From an uncultured Alphaproteobacteria bacterium (GTDB lineage Bacteria; Pseudomonadota; Alphaproteobacteria; RF32; CAG-239), in assembly GCA_944391345.1 (NCBI GenBank), contig CALXTE010000003.1, positions 18,375-82,374 of the forward strand: 64,000 nucleotides of DNA, read 5' to 3'. Positions within the stretch are counted from its first letter, which is position 1. Each line of letters opens with the position of its first letter. Of this stretch, positions 18,310 to 28,518 are shown in pieces. Position numbers and translations under genes: made by a program. Under the pieces are notes generated by a model that searched no databases, was not told the origin of the DNA, and saw only the letters and a program-made list of their open reading frames with translations.

Positions 18310-19356
18310 TTAGTCTTTCATTTTGTTTCCGCCAGTTAGGGTGCCGACATTGGTCTTGATGTCTTTAATAATCGTTGTATGAATTTCTTTTAATGTCGGA
18401 ATGTTTTCTTTCCAATGCCAAAGGCGCTGGAAAAACCAGATGCAGCTGATGAGGCTGAATAAGGGTAAAGAATAGCCGTTGGGGGAAAAAGCTGCGAAGC
18501 CTCCCAAGATGATTAGCAGCAAGAGCAGTTTGCTTATGGCTGTTGTGATTTCGGCCGGGGATAGCTCACTTAGGCCAATTCGATAAAAATCGGTGTTTAG
18601 TGCGAGTTTTTCCTTGGTGGCACGGGTTATAAAATAGCGGCCGATGCAGATGATGATTTGGTAAATGAAAAACATATTAAAGCAGAGTATGCAACTGCCG
18701 GCGCCTTCGGTGGCGGCTTTTAGATTTAGCCATCCTAAAATGAAGCCGATGCTCCAGCTTTGGGCTTTGGATAATTTTAGTTTTGCCGGATAGTTGTCAA
18801 ATATTTGCCAGGCGCAGAAGATACTTATGGCACAAAGGCTCATAATCCCTATAAATGTCGGTGCGGCGCCGATTAAGCTTAGGCCGCCGATGCCGATTAA
18901 TGTTCCTAAACTTTGAATGCCGGTTATGCCGTTGGTGGTGGTTAGCCAGCTGAAACAATAAGCATAAACCGTCCAGAACAAAATTAACAAACCTCTATCG
19001 GCCCAAAAGTCTAATTCTTCGCCAAATATTATGCCATTGCTCGGAAGAGTAAAGCTTGCGATTTCGGCACCGAGGAAAATTATTAATAAACCGAGCTTGG
19101 GAAATTTTTTGAGCAAGACATAGAGAAGAGCGCTAATAACAGCTAAGGCGGGGAGCTCCCAGACATAAAGTGCGGAGATGAAGTCTGTTTGATGCGGCAG
19201 TGCAAAGTATAGTCCTATCCAACCGGCAAAAATTGTTCCCCATAACAACCAAAAAGTTCCTTTGCCGCTATGTGCAGAGATTTGTTTTAATCCAACAAAG
19301 CTGATTAAAAAGCTGAGAATTACGGCGATTGCGATTGCTGTTATGCTTTGTTCCAT
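18310..19356 (-). CDS. Polytopic membrane protein (348 aa, about 10 TM helices); possibly a degenerate glycosyltransferase family 4-like protein
   Basis: Hydrophobicity pattern only. Confidence 0.55.
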   Translation of the reverse strand: MEQSITAIAIAVILSFLISFVGLKQISAHSGKGTFWLLWGTIFAGWIGLYFALPHQTDFISALYVWELPALAVISALLYVLLKKFPKLGLLIIFLGAEIASFTLPSNGIIFGEELDFWADRGLLILFWTVYAYCFSWLTTTNGITGIQSLGTLIGIGGLSLIGAAPTFIGIMSLCAISIFCAWQIFDNYPAKLKLSKAQSWSIGFILGWLNLKAATEGAGSCILCFNMFFIYQIIICIGRYFITRATKEKLALNTDFYRIGLSELSPAEITTAISKLLLLLIILGGFAAFSPNGYSLPLFSLISCIWFFQRLWHWKENIPTLKEIHTTIIKDIKTNVGTLTGGNKMKD

Positions 19357-19432
19357 AAGCGCTTTTGCCCCAAGATAGTTTTTGTTCTTCTTATTTTATA
19401 TTATGTTTTCTTTTTGGCTTCAACTATTACAA

Positions 19433-20350
19433 TCAGGTTATGCTAAGGTATGTGTGATAAATCTTTTTCAGACCTTGAGCCAAATGCTCTACCGTGCAGT
19501 CGTTGCGTCGTGAATAGCGCAAAATATAGTCGCAGAAAAAGCTGTATTCGCCGCTGCGGTTTTGGCTTAGGCTTTCTACTAAGGCAAAAGTATAATTGGC
19601 CGGAACAGATTTTGCGCCTTCCAGCAGTTTTTCCGCCGAAATGTTGTTTTTTTCAACCGCAGAGATGCTGCTGATTTCTTTGAAATATTGTTCCAGAACG
19701 GCGGTGTCGCTTTTGTTTTTGAATATTTGATTTATGTTTTTGCCACAGACGGCGCTGGCCAGTGAACAGCCCATGTAGCAATAAAACTTTTCTTTTGATT
19801 CATTGGGATTGTCATTATTGAACTTTATTCCCGAAGGGGCGAAAAGCTTTTCAAGTTTGTATAATGTTGCTTTTTCGGGCAAAGTGTAAAATATCAGCTC
19901 CGGAATTTTGCCATAGGCAAAAAGGTGATTGCTTTTGCGGTTGACCCAGCCGTCAAACCAAACTTGTATGACATTGGTTTCCAGACTTCTTTTTACCAAG
20001 GTAATGTCTTCGCACAGAGAAACGCAAACCGTGGGGCAATGTGCCAGTTTTTCTTTTCCCAGTCGGAATATGTCAGCATTTATATCTTGGGGGTTGGAGG
20101 CAATGATGACAAGTTTGCCTTCCTCTTTGGTCCAGAAAGAGGTGGTGAATCTTATATCGCTTTTTTTGATGCCGGAATCTTCTTTTATGCTAAAGTCGGT
20201 TGCGCCTAAGTTGCCTTCATCGCGCTTGTCGGTTAAGACAATAACCCGTTCTCCTGCAAGTTGGAATTTTGAAGCCAGATATAGCCCCACGGCGTTTAGT
20301 CCAAGAATGTATATCGGTTTTTCCTTCGCAGAGGTGTCGTTTGCAATCAT
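19433..20350 (-). CDS. Divergent ketopantoate reductase (PanE/ApbA)-family protein, 305 aa
   Basis: N-terminal Rossmann-like IYILGLNAVG; C-terminal ESLSQNRSGE resembles the PanE SMLQD region; 4-nt overlap with rsmB. Confidence 0.45.
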   Translation of the reverse strand: MIANDTSAKEKPIYILGLNAVGLYLASKFQLAGERVIVLTDKRDEGNLGATDFSIKEDSGIKKSDIRFTTSFWTKEEGKLVIIASNPQDINADIFRLGKEKLAHCPTVCVSLCEDITLVKRSLETNVIQVWFDGWVNRKSNHLFAYGKIPELIFYTLPEKATLYKLEKLFAPSGIKFNNDNPNESKEKFYCYMGCSLASAVCGKNINQIFKNKSDTAVLEQYFKEISSISAVEKNNISAEKLLEGAKSVPANYTFALVESLSQNRSGEYSFFCDYILRYSRRNDCTVEHLAQGLKKIYHTYLSIT

Positions 20351-21627
20351 CTTTCTTTTACCTTTTGCAGTTTTGCAATAAAAAACGAATCCAGTCCGCC
20401 ATATTCGGAGAGCATGTAGCTTAGCGTAGATACATAGCCTTCCGGCGTGATGGCTTCTTGCAGAGAGGCCGGCCCTTGATGTTTGATGTCGGCTTCTTGC
20501 AAGCTTATTAGCTGAAAGTTGTTGTCTTTTTCAAGAAAATGGCGGACTTGGCTTTTGCCTTCGGCTTTGGCCAGAGAACAGATGCAGTAGACTAAATAGC
20601 CGCCGGTCTTTAGGGCTTTGCCGCATTCTTGTAAAATCGAACGCTGTATTTCAGCCTGTTTTTTGATGTCGGATAAGCTTTTATGTTGCATAATCTCGGG
20701 ATGGCGGCGAAATATGCCAGTTGCCGAGCAGGGGGCATCAAGTAAAATATGGTCGTATTTTTCGCCCTCATAATTTTGCAAAAAACTTACGGCATCTGCA
20801 CACACAATTCCTTCAGTATTTAGATGTAATCTTTCTAAATTTTTTTTCAATGTTTCAAGTCTGGGCGCAGACGAATCGAGAGCCGTTACTTTGGCGCCGG
20901 CAGATATGAGCTGTGCCGTTTTTCCTCCGGGGGCAGCACAAAGGTCAAGAATCCGTTTGGTTTTGATATCACCCAGAGTTGATACGGCCAAAGTGGCGGC
21001 AAAGTCTTGTACCCACCATGCGCCTTCTTGATAACCTTCCAAACCGGTTATTGCCCCTTTTGAAAAAACAGCGATGCTGTTGTTAGCTATTGGTTTTCCA
21101 CCTAATTTTTCGGCCCAAAGTTCGGGCGATTGCTTGGTTGTGATGTTTAGCGGCGGTTCGCCTTTTTGCGCGGCTGCTTCCATCTTTTTGATTTGTTCAG
21201 GCGTGTAGTCTTGCTTTAATATTTTTAAAAAGTTTTCAGGAAAAAAAGGCGCCGGTTTTAAGCTCTTAGTTTTGTGCTCAGCGACTTTTCTTAAAACGGC
21301 GTTGACCATGCCGCTTTGAAATTTTCCGCCATGTTTTTTGCAGAGTTCAACCCATTCGTTTATGGCGGCATAGGCCGGTGTTTGCATAAAGCGTAATTCT
21401 GCCGCGCCAAGCAATAAAATTGTTTTGGTCGTTTGTTCTTTGGGCGGAAGAGGCTTTTTTATATATTGTTTGAGAATCGACTCCAGTTCAACCCAATGGC
21501 GAAACAGGCTTTGTGACAGCATTTTGATAAAGCCGGAATCTTCTTCCTTGGCATCTATTTGCATAAGTGCTTTTTCTTCAAGGCATTTATTCACTGCTTT
21601 TAGGGTTTTTTCTCGTGCGTTTGTCAT
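20347..21627 (-). CDS. rsmB: 16S rRNA m5C methyltransferase, RsmB/Sun family
   Basis: NusB-like N-terminus; motifs DLCAAPGGKT and PCSATG. Confidence 0.85.
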   Translation of the reverse strand: MTNAREKTLKAVNKCLEEKALMQIDAKEEDSGFIKMLSQSLFRHWVELESILKQYIKKPLPPKEQTTKTILLLGAAELRFMQTPAYAAINEWVELCKKHGGKFQSGMVNAVLRKVAEHKTKSLKPAPFFPENFLKILKQDYTPEQIKKMEAAAQKGEPPLNITTKQSPELWAEKLGGKPIANNSIAVFSKGAITGLEGYQEGAWWVQDFAATLAVSTLGDIKTKRILDLCAAPGGKTAQLISAGAKVTALDSSAPRLETLKKNLERLHLNTEGIVCADAVSFLQNYEGEKYDHILLDAPCSATGIFRRHPEIMQHKSLSDIKKQAEIQRSILQECGKALKTGGYLVYCICSLAKAEGKSQVRHFLEKDNNFQLISLQEADIKHQGPASLQEAITPEGYVSTLSYMLSEYGGLDSFFIAKLQKVKER

Positions 21628-21747
21628 CTTTTTTCCTTCTTTTGAAATTTATTTTAGTTCTTTTAGGGTTAATTGCAAGTTAAACCCTTGAGTTTTTTCT
21701 ATTTGCTTTCTATAATAGCAAAGAATTTTTTTATTGAGGATAGAGCT

Positions 21748-22203
21748 ATGAAAAAATATTTGTGTTTGTTTGTCGGACTGTTGATGTTAAACGGATGTTC
21801 TTATCTGCGTGAGGTTTGGCCTTTCGGAGATGAAAAAACTGCGGAAAATCAAACTCAAGAAGCCGTTGTTGAGAAGGCTGATGCCCTGAAAGTTAATCCT
21901 TATTTGTGGCAGGCTGCTCTTGATAAACTTTCTTTTATGCCGTTGGCGTCATCTGATGCCGAAGGCGGTGTGATTGTTACTGACTGGAAGACGTTTTCTA
22001 ATAATGAGCAGTTTAAGGTTGTGGTCCATATCTATTCTCAAAAATTGCAGGCGAACAGCCTTAAGGCAGAAGTTTATAAAAGACGACTTAAGAACGGAGC
22101 GTGGGTTGACGATACCGTCGATAACCGACTCTCCGCTGAAACCGAAAATGCTATCTTGATGCAGGCCAGAGAACTGTATCATCGTGATGTTATGACACGT
22201 TAA
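21748..22203 (+). CDS. Lipoprotein (DUF3576-like) conserved upstream of leuS
   Basis: Lipobox LLMLNGC; GAGGA RBS. Confidence 0.7.
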   Translation: MKKYLCLFVGLLMLNGCSYLREVWPFGDEKTAENQTQEAVVEKADALKVNPYLWQAALDKLSFMPLASSDAEGGVIVTDWKTFSNNEQFKVVVHIYSQKLQANSLKAEVYKRRLKNGAWVDDTVDNRLSAETENAILMQARELYHRDVMTR

Positions 22204-22222
22204 TATTTAAGGAATTTTTAGT

Positions 22223-24709
22223 ATGACAGGAAATGCACACTATAACGGTTGCGCCTCTTTTGAGGAATGGCAAAAACAATGGGATGTTGAAGACCGTTAT
22301 AATTTTAGAACAATCGAATCGAAATGGCAGAAAATTTGGGATGATGAAAAGGCTTATAAGGTTGATATTGATAAGTCTAAAGAGAAGTTTTATGCTTTGG
22401 TTGAATTCCCTTATCCTTCCGGTGCCGGACTTCATGTCGGGCATCCGCGTTCTTATACCGCGCTTGATGTGATTGCGCGCAAGAAAAGAATGCAGGGCTT
22501 TAATGTTCTTTATCCGATGGGTTTTGATGCCTTTGGTTTGCCGGCAGAAAATTATGCCATTAAGACCGGGGTTCATCCGGCCGTTTCAACCAAGAAAAAT
22601 ATTGAAACTTTTACGCGTCAGCTGAAGTCGCTCGGTTTTAGCTTTGATTGGGACAGAAGTTTTGCCACTTGTGATCCGGAATATTATAAGTGGACACAAT
22701 GGATGTTTATCAAGCTGTTTGAAAAAGGCTTAGCTTATAAAGATAAAATTGCCATTAACTGGTGCCCGTCTTGTAAAGTCGGATTGGCAAACGAAGAAGT
22801 GGTTAATGGATGTTGCGAGCGTTGCGGTGCTCAGGTTGTGCGCCGTGATAAAGAACAGTGGATGGTGGCTATTACCAAATATGCTGATCGTTTGATTAAT
22901 GATTTAGATGATTTGGATTTTATCGATCGGGTTAAGTCTCAGCAAGTTAATTGGATTGGTCGTTCCGAAGGGGCTGAGCTTGATTTTGAGCTGTGTCTTG
23001 ATGACGGAACACCGCTGGAAGGTAAAAAGCTTAAGGTCTTTACAACGCGTCCGGATACTGCTTTCGGTGTGACCTATATGGTTATGGCGCCGGAGCATGA
23101 ATTTGTTGCGGAGTTGATGCCGCGTTTTGCTAATCAGGAAGATATTAAAAACTATGTTGCCGAGACGGCTAAGAAGTCTGATTTGCAACGTACGGCCGAT
23201 GATTCTAAAACCGGTGTTGAACTCAAAGGAATTAAGGCTAAAAACCCATATAACGGGGCGCTGATTCCGGTCTTTATTTCCGATTATGTTTTAACCGGCT
23301 ACGGAACAGGTGCGATTATGGCGGTGCCGGCGCATGATCAACGCGACTATGATTTTGCCAAGAAGTTTAATCTGCCGATTATTCAAGTTTTGGAAGGCGG
23401 CGATATTTCTGAAAAAGCATGGGAAGAAGACGGTGCCCATATTAATTCCGGCTTTTTGAACGGAATGAACAAAGAAGACGGTATTCGCGCCGCTATTGAT
23501 TTTGCCGCTAAAAATAATTTTGGTAATGCCAAAGTGAACTATAAGCTGCGTGACTGGGTTTTCTCTCGTCAGCGTTATTGGGGTGAGCCTATTCCGATGG
23601 TTTATTGTGAGCATTGCGGTTGGCAGCCAATTCCGGAAGATCAGCTGCCGTTGACCTTGCCGGAAGTGCCGGATTATTTGCCTAATGATGAAGGCGAATC
23701 GCCTTTGTCAAAAGCAGGGGCTTGGCTTGAAACAACTTGTCCGAAATGCGGCGGTAAGGCACGTCGTGAAACCGATACCATGCCAAACTGGGCCGGCTCG
23801 TCTTGGTATTTCTTACGCTATTGTGATCCACACAACGACAAAGAATTTGCCTCTAAAGAAGCATTGGAATATTGGATGCCGGTTGATTGGTATAATGGCG
23901 GTATGGAACATACAACCTTGCACTTGCTCTATTCTCGTTTTTGGCACAAGTTTTTGTATGATTGCGGACTTGTTCCGACCAAAGAACCTTATAAAAAACG
24001 TACGTCACATGGTATGATTTTGGCTTCGAACGGCGAAAAAATGTCAAAGTCACGCGGCAATGTTATTAATCCTGATGATATTGTTGATGCTTATGGTGCC
24101 GATACCTTCCGTTTGTATGAAATGTTTATCGGGCCGTTTGACCAAACCGCAATGTGGTCTGATGAAAGTTTGATGGGCGTTTATCGTTTTGTAAACAAAG
24201 TTTATGGCTTGTTCAAAAAGGTAAATAAGTCTGCCGTTGCTTCCGAAAAAGATTTGCGTGCAATGCACAAGTGTATTAAAGAAGTGACCGAGAGAATCGA
24301 CCAGATGAAGTTTAACACCGCCGTTTCTTCTTTGATGACTTATACAAATTATTTGTCAGATAAGGCTGAAATTGCACCTGAACTTTATGAGAATCTGATT
24401 GTATTGCTCTGTCCGTTTACGCCGCATTTGTCTGAAGAAATGTGGGCGCGCCTCGGACATGAGGGGCTGGCGGTTATGGCTGCTTGGCCGAAGTTTGATA
24501 AGAACTTGGCTGAAGACAGCGTTGTGACAATTGCCGTTCAGCTTAACGGTAAAATGCGCGGTACAATCGAAATGCCGAAAGATACGCCTCAGAACGAGGT
24601 TGAAGCAGCGGCACTCAATTTGGATAATATTCAGCGCCAAACTGCTGGGAAGACAATTCGTAAAGTGATTGTCGTTCCGAATAAAATTGTTAATATTGTG
24701 GCGGCTTAG
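22223..24709 (+). CDS. leuS: Leucine--tRNA ligase
   Basis: 828 aa; HVGH and KMSKS motifs. Confidence 0.97.
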   Translation: MTGNAHYNGCASFEEWQKQWDVEDRYNFRTIESKWQKIWDDEKAYKVDIDKSKEKFYALVEFPYPSGAGLHVGHPRSYTALDVIARKKRMQGFNVLYPMGFDAFGLPAENYAIKTGVHPAVSTKKNIETFTRQLKSLGFSFDWDRSFATCDPEYYKWTQWMFIKLFEKGLAYKDKIAINWCPSCKVGLANEEVVNGCCERCGAQVVRRDKEQWMVAITKYADRLINDLDDLDFIDRVKSQQVNWIGRSEGAELDFELCLDDGTPLEGKKLKVFTTRPDTAFGVTYMVMAPEHEFVAELMPRFANQEDIKNYVAETAKKSDLQRTADDSKTGVELKGIKAKNPYNGALIPVFISDYVLTGYGTGAIMAVPAHDQRDYDFAKKFNLPIIQVLEGGDISEKAWEEDGAHINSGFLNGMNKEDGIRAAIDFAAKNNFGNAKVNYKLRDWVFSRQRYWGEPIPMVYCEHCGWQPIPEDQLPLTLPEVPDYLPNDEGESPLSKAGAWLETTCPKCGGKARRETDTMPNWAGSSWYFLRYCDPHNDKEFASKEALEYWMPVDWYNGGMEHTTLHLLYSRFWHKFLYDCGLVPTKEPYKKRTSHGMILASNGEKMSKSRGNVINPDDIVDAYGADTFRLYEMFIGPFDQTAMWSDESLMGVYRFVNKVYGLFKKVNKSAVASEKDLRAMHKCIKEVTERIDQMKFNTAVSSLMTYTNYLSDKAEIAPELYENLIVLLCPFTPHLSEEMWARLGHEGLAVMAAWPKFDKNLAEDSVVTIAVQLNGKMRGTIEMPKDTPQNEVEAAALNLDNIQRQTAGKTIRKVIVVPNKIVNIVAA

Positions 24710-24722
24710 TCAGGAGATGAGA

Positions 24723-25271
24723 ATGCGGAAATCGGCTCTGATTTTAATCTTGTTCCTTATTACCGGATGTGGTTTTTCTCCGCTGTATGTGGAGCGCGAA
24801 TCCGAAAGTAAGTGGTATTATAATGCAAATTTCAATCCCTCTATTGTTGAGGAAATGCAGCAGATTAAGGTCGAGCCGATTGCCGATCGTTTCGGGCAAC
24901 AGCTGCGCAACAATCTTCTGGATTCTTTGACTCCGAAAGGAACGCCTAAGAATCCTAAATATCGTTTGTTTGTTAAACTGACAAGCAAGCGTTCTTATGA
25001 CCAAGCTCTTCGTCAAGATATTACTGCTACTCGTCGTATGGTGGTCTTTAAGGTTACATATTATATGATGGAAGGGACGAAAAAGCTCTTTACCAGTAAC
25101 AGCATCGCCTATACCAGCTATGATATTTTGAAAAATCCTTATTCAACAACCGTGGCGGAGCAAAAGGCAGATACCGATGCTGCAAAAATTATCGGTGATG
25201 ATATTGCTCTGCGCATAGGCGCTTATTTCCACTCGGTTATTACAAAACAGGGGTCAACCAGTGATATTTAA
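24723..25271 (+). CDS. lptE: LPS-assembly lipoprotein LptE
   Basis: Lipobox LITGCG; AGGAG RBS; leuS-lptE-holA synteny. Confidence 0.7.
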   Translation: MRKSALILILFLITGCGFSPLYVERESESKWYYNANFNPSIVEEMQQIKVEPIADRFGQQLRNNLLDSLTPKGTPKNPKYRLFVKLTSKRSYDQALRQDITATRRMVVFKVTYYMMEGTKKLFTSNSIAYTSYDILKNPYSTTVAEQKADTDAAKIIGDDIALRIGAYFHSVITKQGSTSDI

Positions 25272-26307
25272 GTCTCCGCAGATAGACCGCTATTTGAAAA
25301 AGCCGGACAATGCTGTTAAGTTTTGGCTGGTGTATGGCTCAAATGAAGGCTTGATGTCGGAATATGTGCGTAATCTGACAAAGGCTATCAGCCCCGATAT
25401 TTATGATCCGTTTCAGGTGGTGTATCTTAACGGAGAAGATGTGAACGCTGATGCCGGTTTGCTTATCGGCGAATTTAATGCACAATCTCTGATGGGAGGA
25501 CGTCGGGTTATTGTGATTAAAAATGCCGACAATAACCTTACTAAAATTCTTAAGTCTTTATTTGATGATGCAAAGTCGGACACGCTTTTAATTATTTATT
25601 CGGCGTCTTTGAACAAGAAGTCTTCTTTGGTGAAGTTTGCCGAAGATGCTGAGTTTGCCGGTGTTATTGCTTGTTATGAAGACCGTGATGAAGATGTTTT
25701 TTCAACCGTCAGAACCTTTTTGAGCGAAAACGGCGTGTCTGTCGGAAATGAGGCGCTGCAGCTTTTATGTGCGCGGCTTTCTAATGACCGAAAAAGCAAT
25801 TTGGGCGAGCTGGAAAAGCTGGTGACTTATCTCGGCGATAAGAAAACGGTTTTGCCCGAAGATGTGCGCGCGGTGGTTAGTGATACGGCGTCTTCTTCGA
25901 CCGATGATGTTTGTTTTTTTGCTGCCGGTGGTTTGAAAGATAAAACGCTTCAAGCTTATCAACGTTTGTTGAATGAAGGGACTGATCCGGCGCAAGTGGT
26001 GCGTTCTTTGTTTTATCATTTTCAGAAGATTTTGGTTTGTCTTGGGTCTATGGAAAATGGTGACACGATAGACACAGCGGTGAAAAAGCTGGTGCCGAGG
26101 ATTATTTTTTTCCGCGAATCGAGCTTTAAGAAACAGCTTAGTATTTGGAATCGTGATCGCGTTTTTAGTGTTTTGGAACTGCTCTATAACTGCGAAAGAG
26201 ATACGCGTAATGCGGCTATGCCGGTTGAGGAGATGGTCAGTTATTTGTTGATGCAGATTTCTTCGGCCGCGGCTAATGCTGCCGCAAAACTCAGCCGAGG
26301 TTATTAG
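25261..26307 (+). CDS. holA: DNA polymerase III delta subunit (GTG start)
   Basis: 348 aa; synteny after lptE. Confidence 0.8.
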   Translation: MIFKSPQIDRYLKKPDNAVKFWLVYGSNEGLMSEYVRNLTKAISPDIYDPFQVVYLNGEDVNADAGLLIGEFNAQSLMGGRRVIVIKNADNNLTKILKSLFDDAKSDTLLIIYSASLNKKSSLVKFAEDAEFAGVIACYEDRDEDVFSTVRTFLSENGVSVGNEALQLLCARLSNDRKSNLGELEKLVTYLGDKKTVLPEDVRAVVSDTASSSTDDVCFFAAGGLKDKTLQAYQRLLNEGTDPAQVVRSLFYHFQKILVCLGSMENGDTIDTAVKKLVPRIIFFRESSFKKQLSIWNRDRVFSVLELLYNCERDTRNAAMPVEEMVSYLLMQISSAAANAAAKLSRGY

Positions 26308-26599
26308 GCAATATTTTTTGTAGCTGTTTTTGAGAAATCTGCCCTTGGATGTGAAATAGTTTATATCCCTTTTTTATTAGGCTGCGTCCATAGAGGCGAT
26401 TGTAGTAAAAGCCTAAGATAGGTGATGCAGCGCCTAAGGTGCAGAGCCACAAGGTTAAAAACAAGAGGCTCTGTTTCAAATTGCGGTGGTACAGCGGAAC
26501 CAAAAAGCAAAACAGCAATACGCTCCAAGAGTAACCGGTTGATACGGTTTTTAACTTCTCGGTGCGGGGGTTTTTTAAGATAAGTTCAGCTTTTTTCAT
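26291..26599 (-). CDS. Small membrane protein (102 aa, 2 TM helices)
   Basis: ORF with hydrophobic segments. Confidence 0.4.
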   Translation of the reverse strand: MKKAELILKNPRTEKLKTVSTGYSWSVLLFCFLVPLYHRNLKQSLLFLTLWLCTLGAASPILGFYYNRLYGRSLIKKGYKLFHIQGQISQKQLQKILPNNLG

Positions 26600-26703
26600 T
26601 TAAAGTTCCTTGCTGATTTTCGTGCTTGCTTTCTTTATAGACTTTATTTATAAAAAAATAAAGCAAAATAAGAGGGTTAAATTTTTTATTGTGGAATTTT
26701 GTG

Positions 26704-27399
26704 ATGTATAGCGAAAAGTTTAAAAAATTTATTGATATGTGGCGGGTGGATTTTGCCATCGAGCGCACGATTGATGAAAAAGTTTGTGTCGATCGCGACG
26801 GCAAGCCGCTGCCGTGGTATACTTATCCGGCAATAGAATATTTGTCGCAATTTGATTATAGCGATAAAAAAATTTTTGAATTTGGTTGCGGAAATTCATC
26901 TTTGTTCTGGGCGGCGCGCGCCAAAAATGTGGTGAGTATTGAAGATAATCCAAAGTGGTTTGATAAGTGGCAACACGAATTTAATGAAGAGAATTTGGAT
27001 GTTCGCTGGCGTGATGAAGGCGAAATTTATGAGAATGCCATATTTGAAGATGATTGCCGCTATGATGTGATTGTGGTTGATGGTAAAAGGCGTGCCGAAT
27101 GTGCTAAAGCCGCAGTTAATGCCCTTGCTGACGGCGGGCTGATTATTTTAGATGACAGCGACCGTATCAACACCAGCCAAGAATACAAAGATGCGGTTGC
27201 GGCTTTGAAAGCGGCCAATTTGCTGCAAGTCGATTTTTATGGTTTTTGCCCGATGAATAATTATACTAAAACAACGTCTTTGTTCTTTTCTCGAAATTTT
27301 GATTTTAAGTCAAAATATGAGGTTCAGCCGATTAACGGTTGGGGAAATTTGTGGAGTTTGTCACGCCGCGAGCGCAAAGAACGTTATAAGGAAAGCTAA
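26704..27399 (+). CDS. Putative class I SAM-dependent methyltransferase-like protein
   Basis: Motif I-like EFGCGNSSLF and IIILDD; TTG alternative start at 26689. Confidence 0.4.
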   Translation: MYSEKFKKFIDMWRVDFAIERTIDEKVCVDRDGKPLPWYTYPAIEYLSQFDYSDKKIFEFGCGNSSLFWAARAKNVVSIEDNPKWFDKWQHEFNEENLDVRWRDEGEIYENAIFEDDCRYDVIVVDGKRRAECAKAAVNALADGGLIILDDSDRINTSQEYKDAVAALKAANLLQVDFYGFCPMNNYTKTTSLFFSRNFDFKSKYEVQPINGWGNLWSLSRRERKERYKES

Positions 27400-27440
27400 A
27401 AAAATAACCTTAGAGTTTGGTGCTCTAAGGTTATTTTTTT
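27399..27440. terminator. Bidirectional terminator (AACCTTAGAG-TTTGGTG-CTCTAAGGTT + T7)
   Basis: Perfect 10-bp stem. Confidence 0.7.
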
Positions 27441-28515
27441 AGTCCTCTAGGTAAAGACTGCTATGTTTGTAATTTTCAATGGCGTGGCGAATCAGGACGC
27501 CGATAATGGCCGCTAAAGGAACGGCAATCATCAAGCCTAAAAAGCCCAGTAAAACACCGCCGGCCAGTAAGGCAAACATTATCCATACCGGATGAAGGCC
27601 AACGCTGTCGCCGACTAATTTCGGGGTTAGGAAGTTGCCTTCTAAAAATTGGCCGACGACAAATACGCCGACAACTTGAGCAATCGGTCCTAAGCTGTCA
27701 AACTGAGCAAAAGCGACGCCTAAGCTGACCAAAAAGCCGGTGATGCTGCCAACATAAGGAATGAAAGAGATGACGCCGGCGATAAAGCCAATTAAAACAC
27801 CAAGTTCTAGGCCGACAAAGTAAAGTCCGGCGGAATAAAAAGCACCGAGCAAAATGCAGACGCTTAATTGTCCGCGGATGAAGCCGGCTAAAGTACGGTC
27901 GATTTCTTTGGCTTGAATACGAATCGATTTTTTTGATTTGCGTGGCAATAAGCTATCAATCTTTTTGATGAAGCCATCCCAGTCACGTAACATATAAAAG
28001 GCAACAACCGGCGTAATAAGCAGCAGAGAAATAATGTTCATCAGAGCGAATCCGCTGGTGATGACGCCTTGTAAAACTTTGCCAAAGAGTTTTAAGTTAT
28101 TGGCCATATTGCTCTTTAGGTAACTTTTGACTTTGTCAGCATCCAGAGCAGGGATATTTTTTTGCAAGTCATTAATCCATGGTTCAAGTTTTTTGGTTAA
28201 TGAGGCCAAATATTCCGGTACAACAGAGATAAAGCGCGTGATTTGATCGTTGATTACACCAAGGAGCAAAATGACGGACGGTACAATGATGAGCACTAAA
28301 GCCAGCAAAACGAGAAAGGTGGCTAAAGTGCGGTTCATGCCCCATTTATTTATTTTTCTGACCCATGGGTCAAGCAGATATCCGATGATGATGCCGGCGA
28401 CAAATGGCAATAAAACCGAGCGCAAAATGTATAGTCCATAGCAAAAGAGGATGAATAGAGCGAGCCAAAACATCCAGTTGCGATTAGTGGTTAAGGGTTT
28501 GTCGGCGGTCATCAT
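27439..28515 (-). CDS. AI-2E family transporter (PerM-like)
   Basis: 358 aa, 8 TM helices. Confidence 0.85.
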   Translation of the reverse strand: MMTADKPLTTNRNWMFWLALFILFCYGLYILRSVLLPFVAGIIIGYLLDPWVRKINKWGMNRTLATFLVLLALVLIIVPSVILLLGVINDQITRFISVVPEYLASLTKKLEPWINDLQKNIPALDADKVKSYLKSNMANNLKLFGKVLQGVITSGFALMNIISLLLITPVVAFYMLRDWDGFIKKIDSLLPRKSKKSIRIQAKEIDRTLAGFIRGQLSVCILLGAFYSAGLYFVGLELGVLIGFIAGVISFIPYVGSITGFLVSLGVAFAQFDSLGPIAQVVGVFVVGQFLEGNFLTPKLVGDSVGLHPVWIMFALLAGGVLLGFLGLMIAVPLAAIIGVLIRHAIENYKHSSLYLED

Positions 28516-28518
28516 GTT

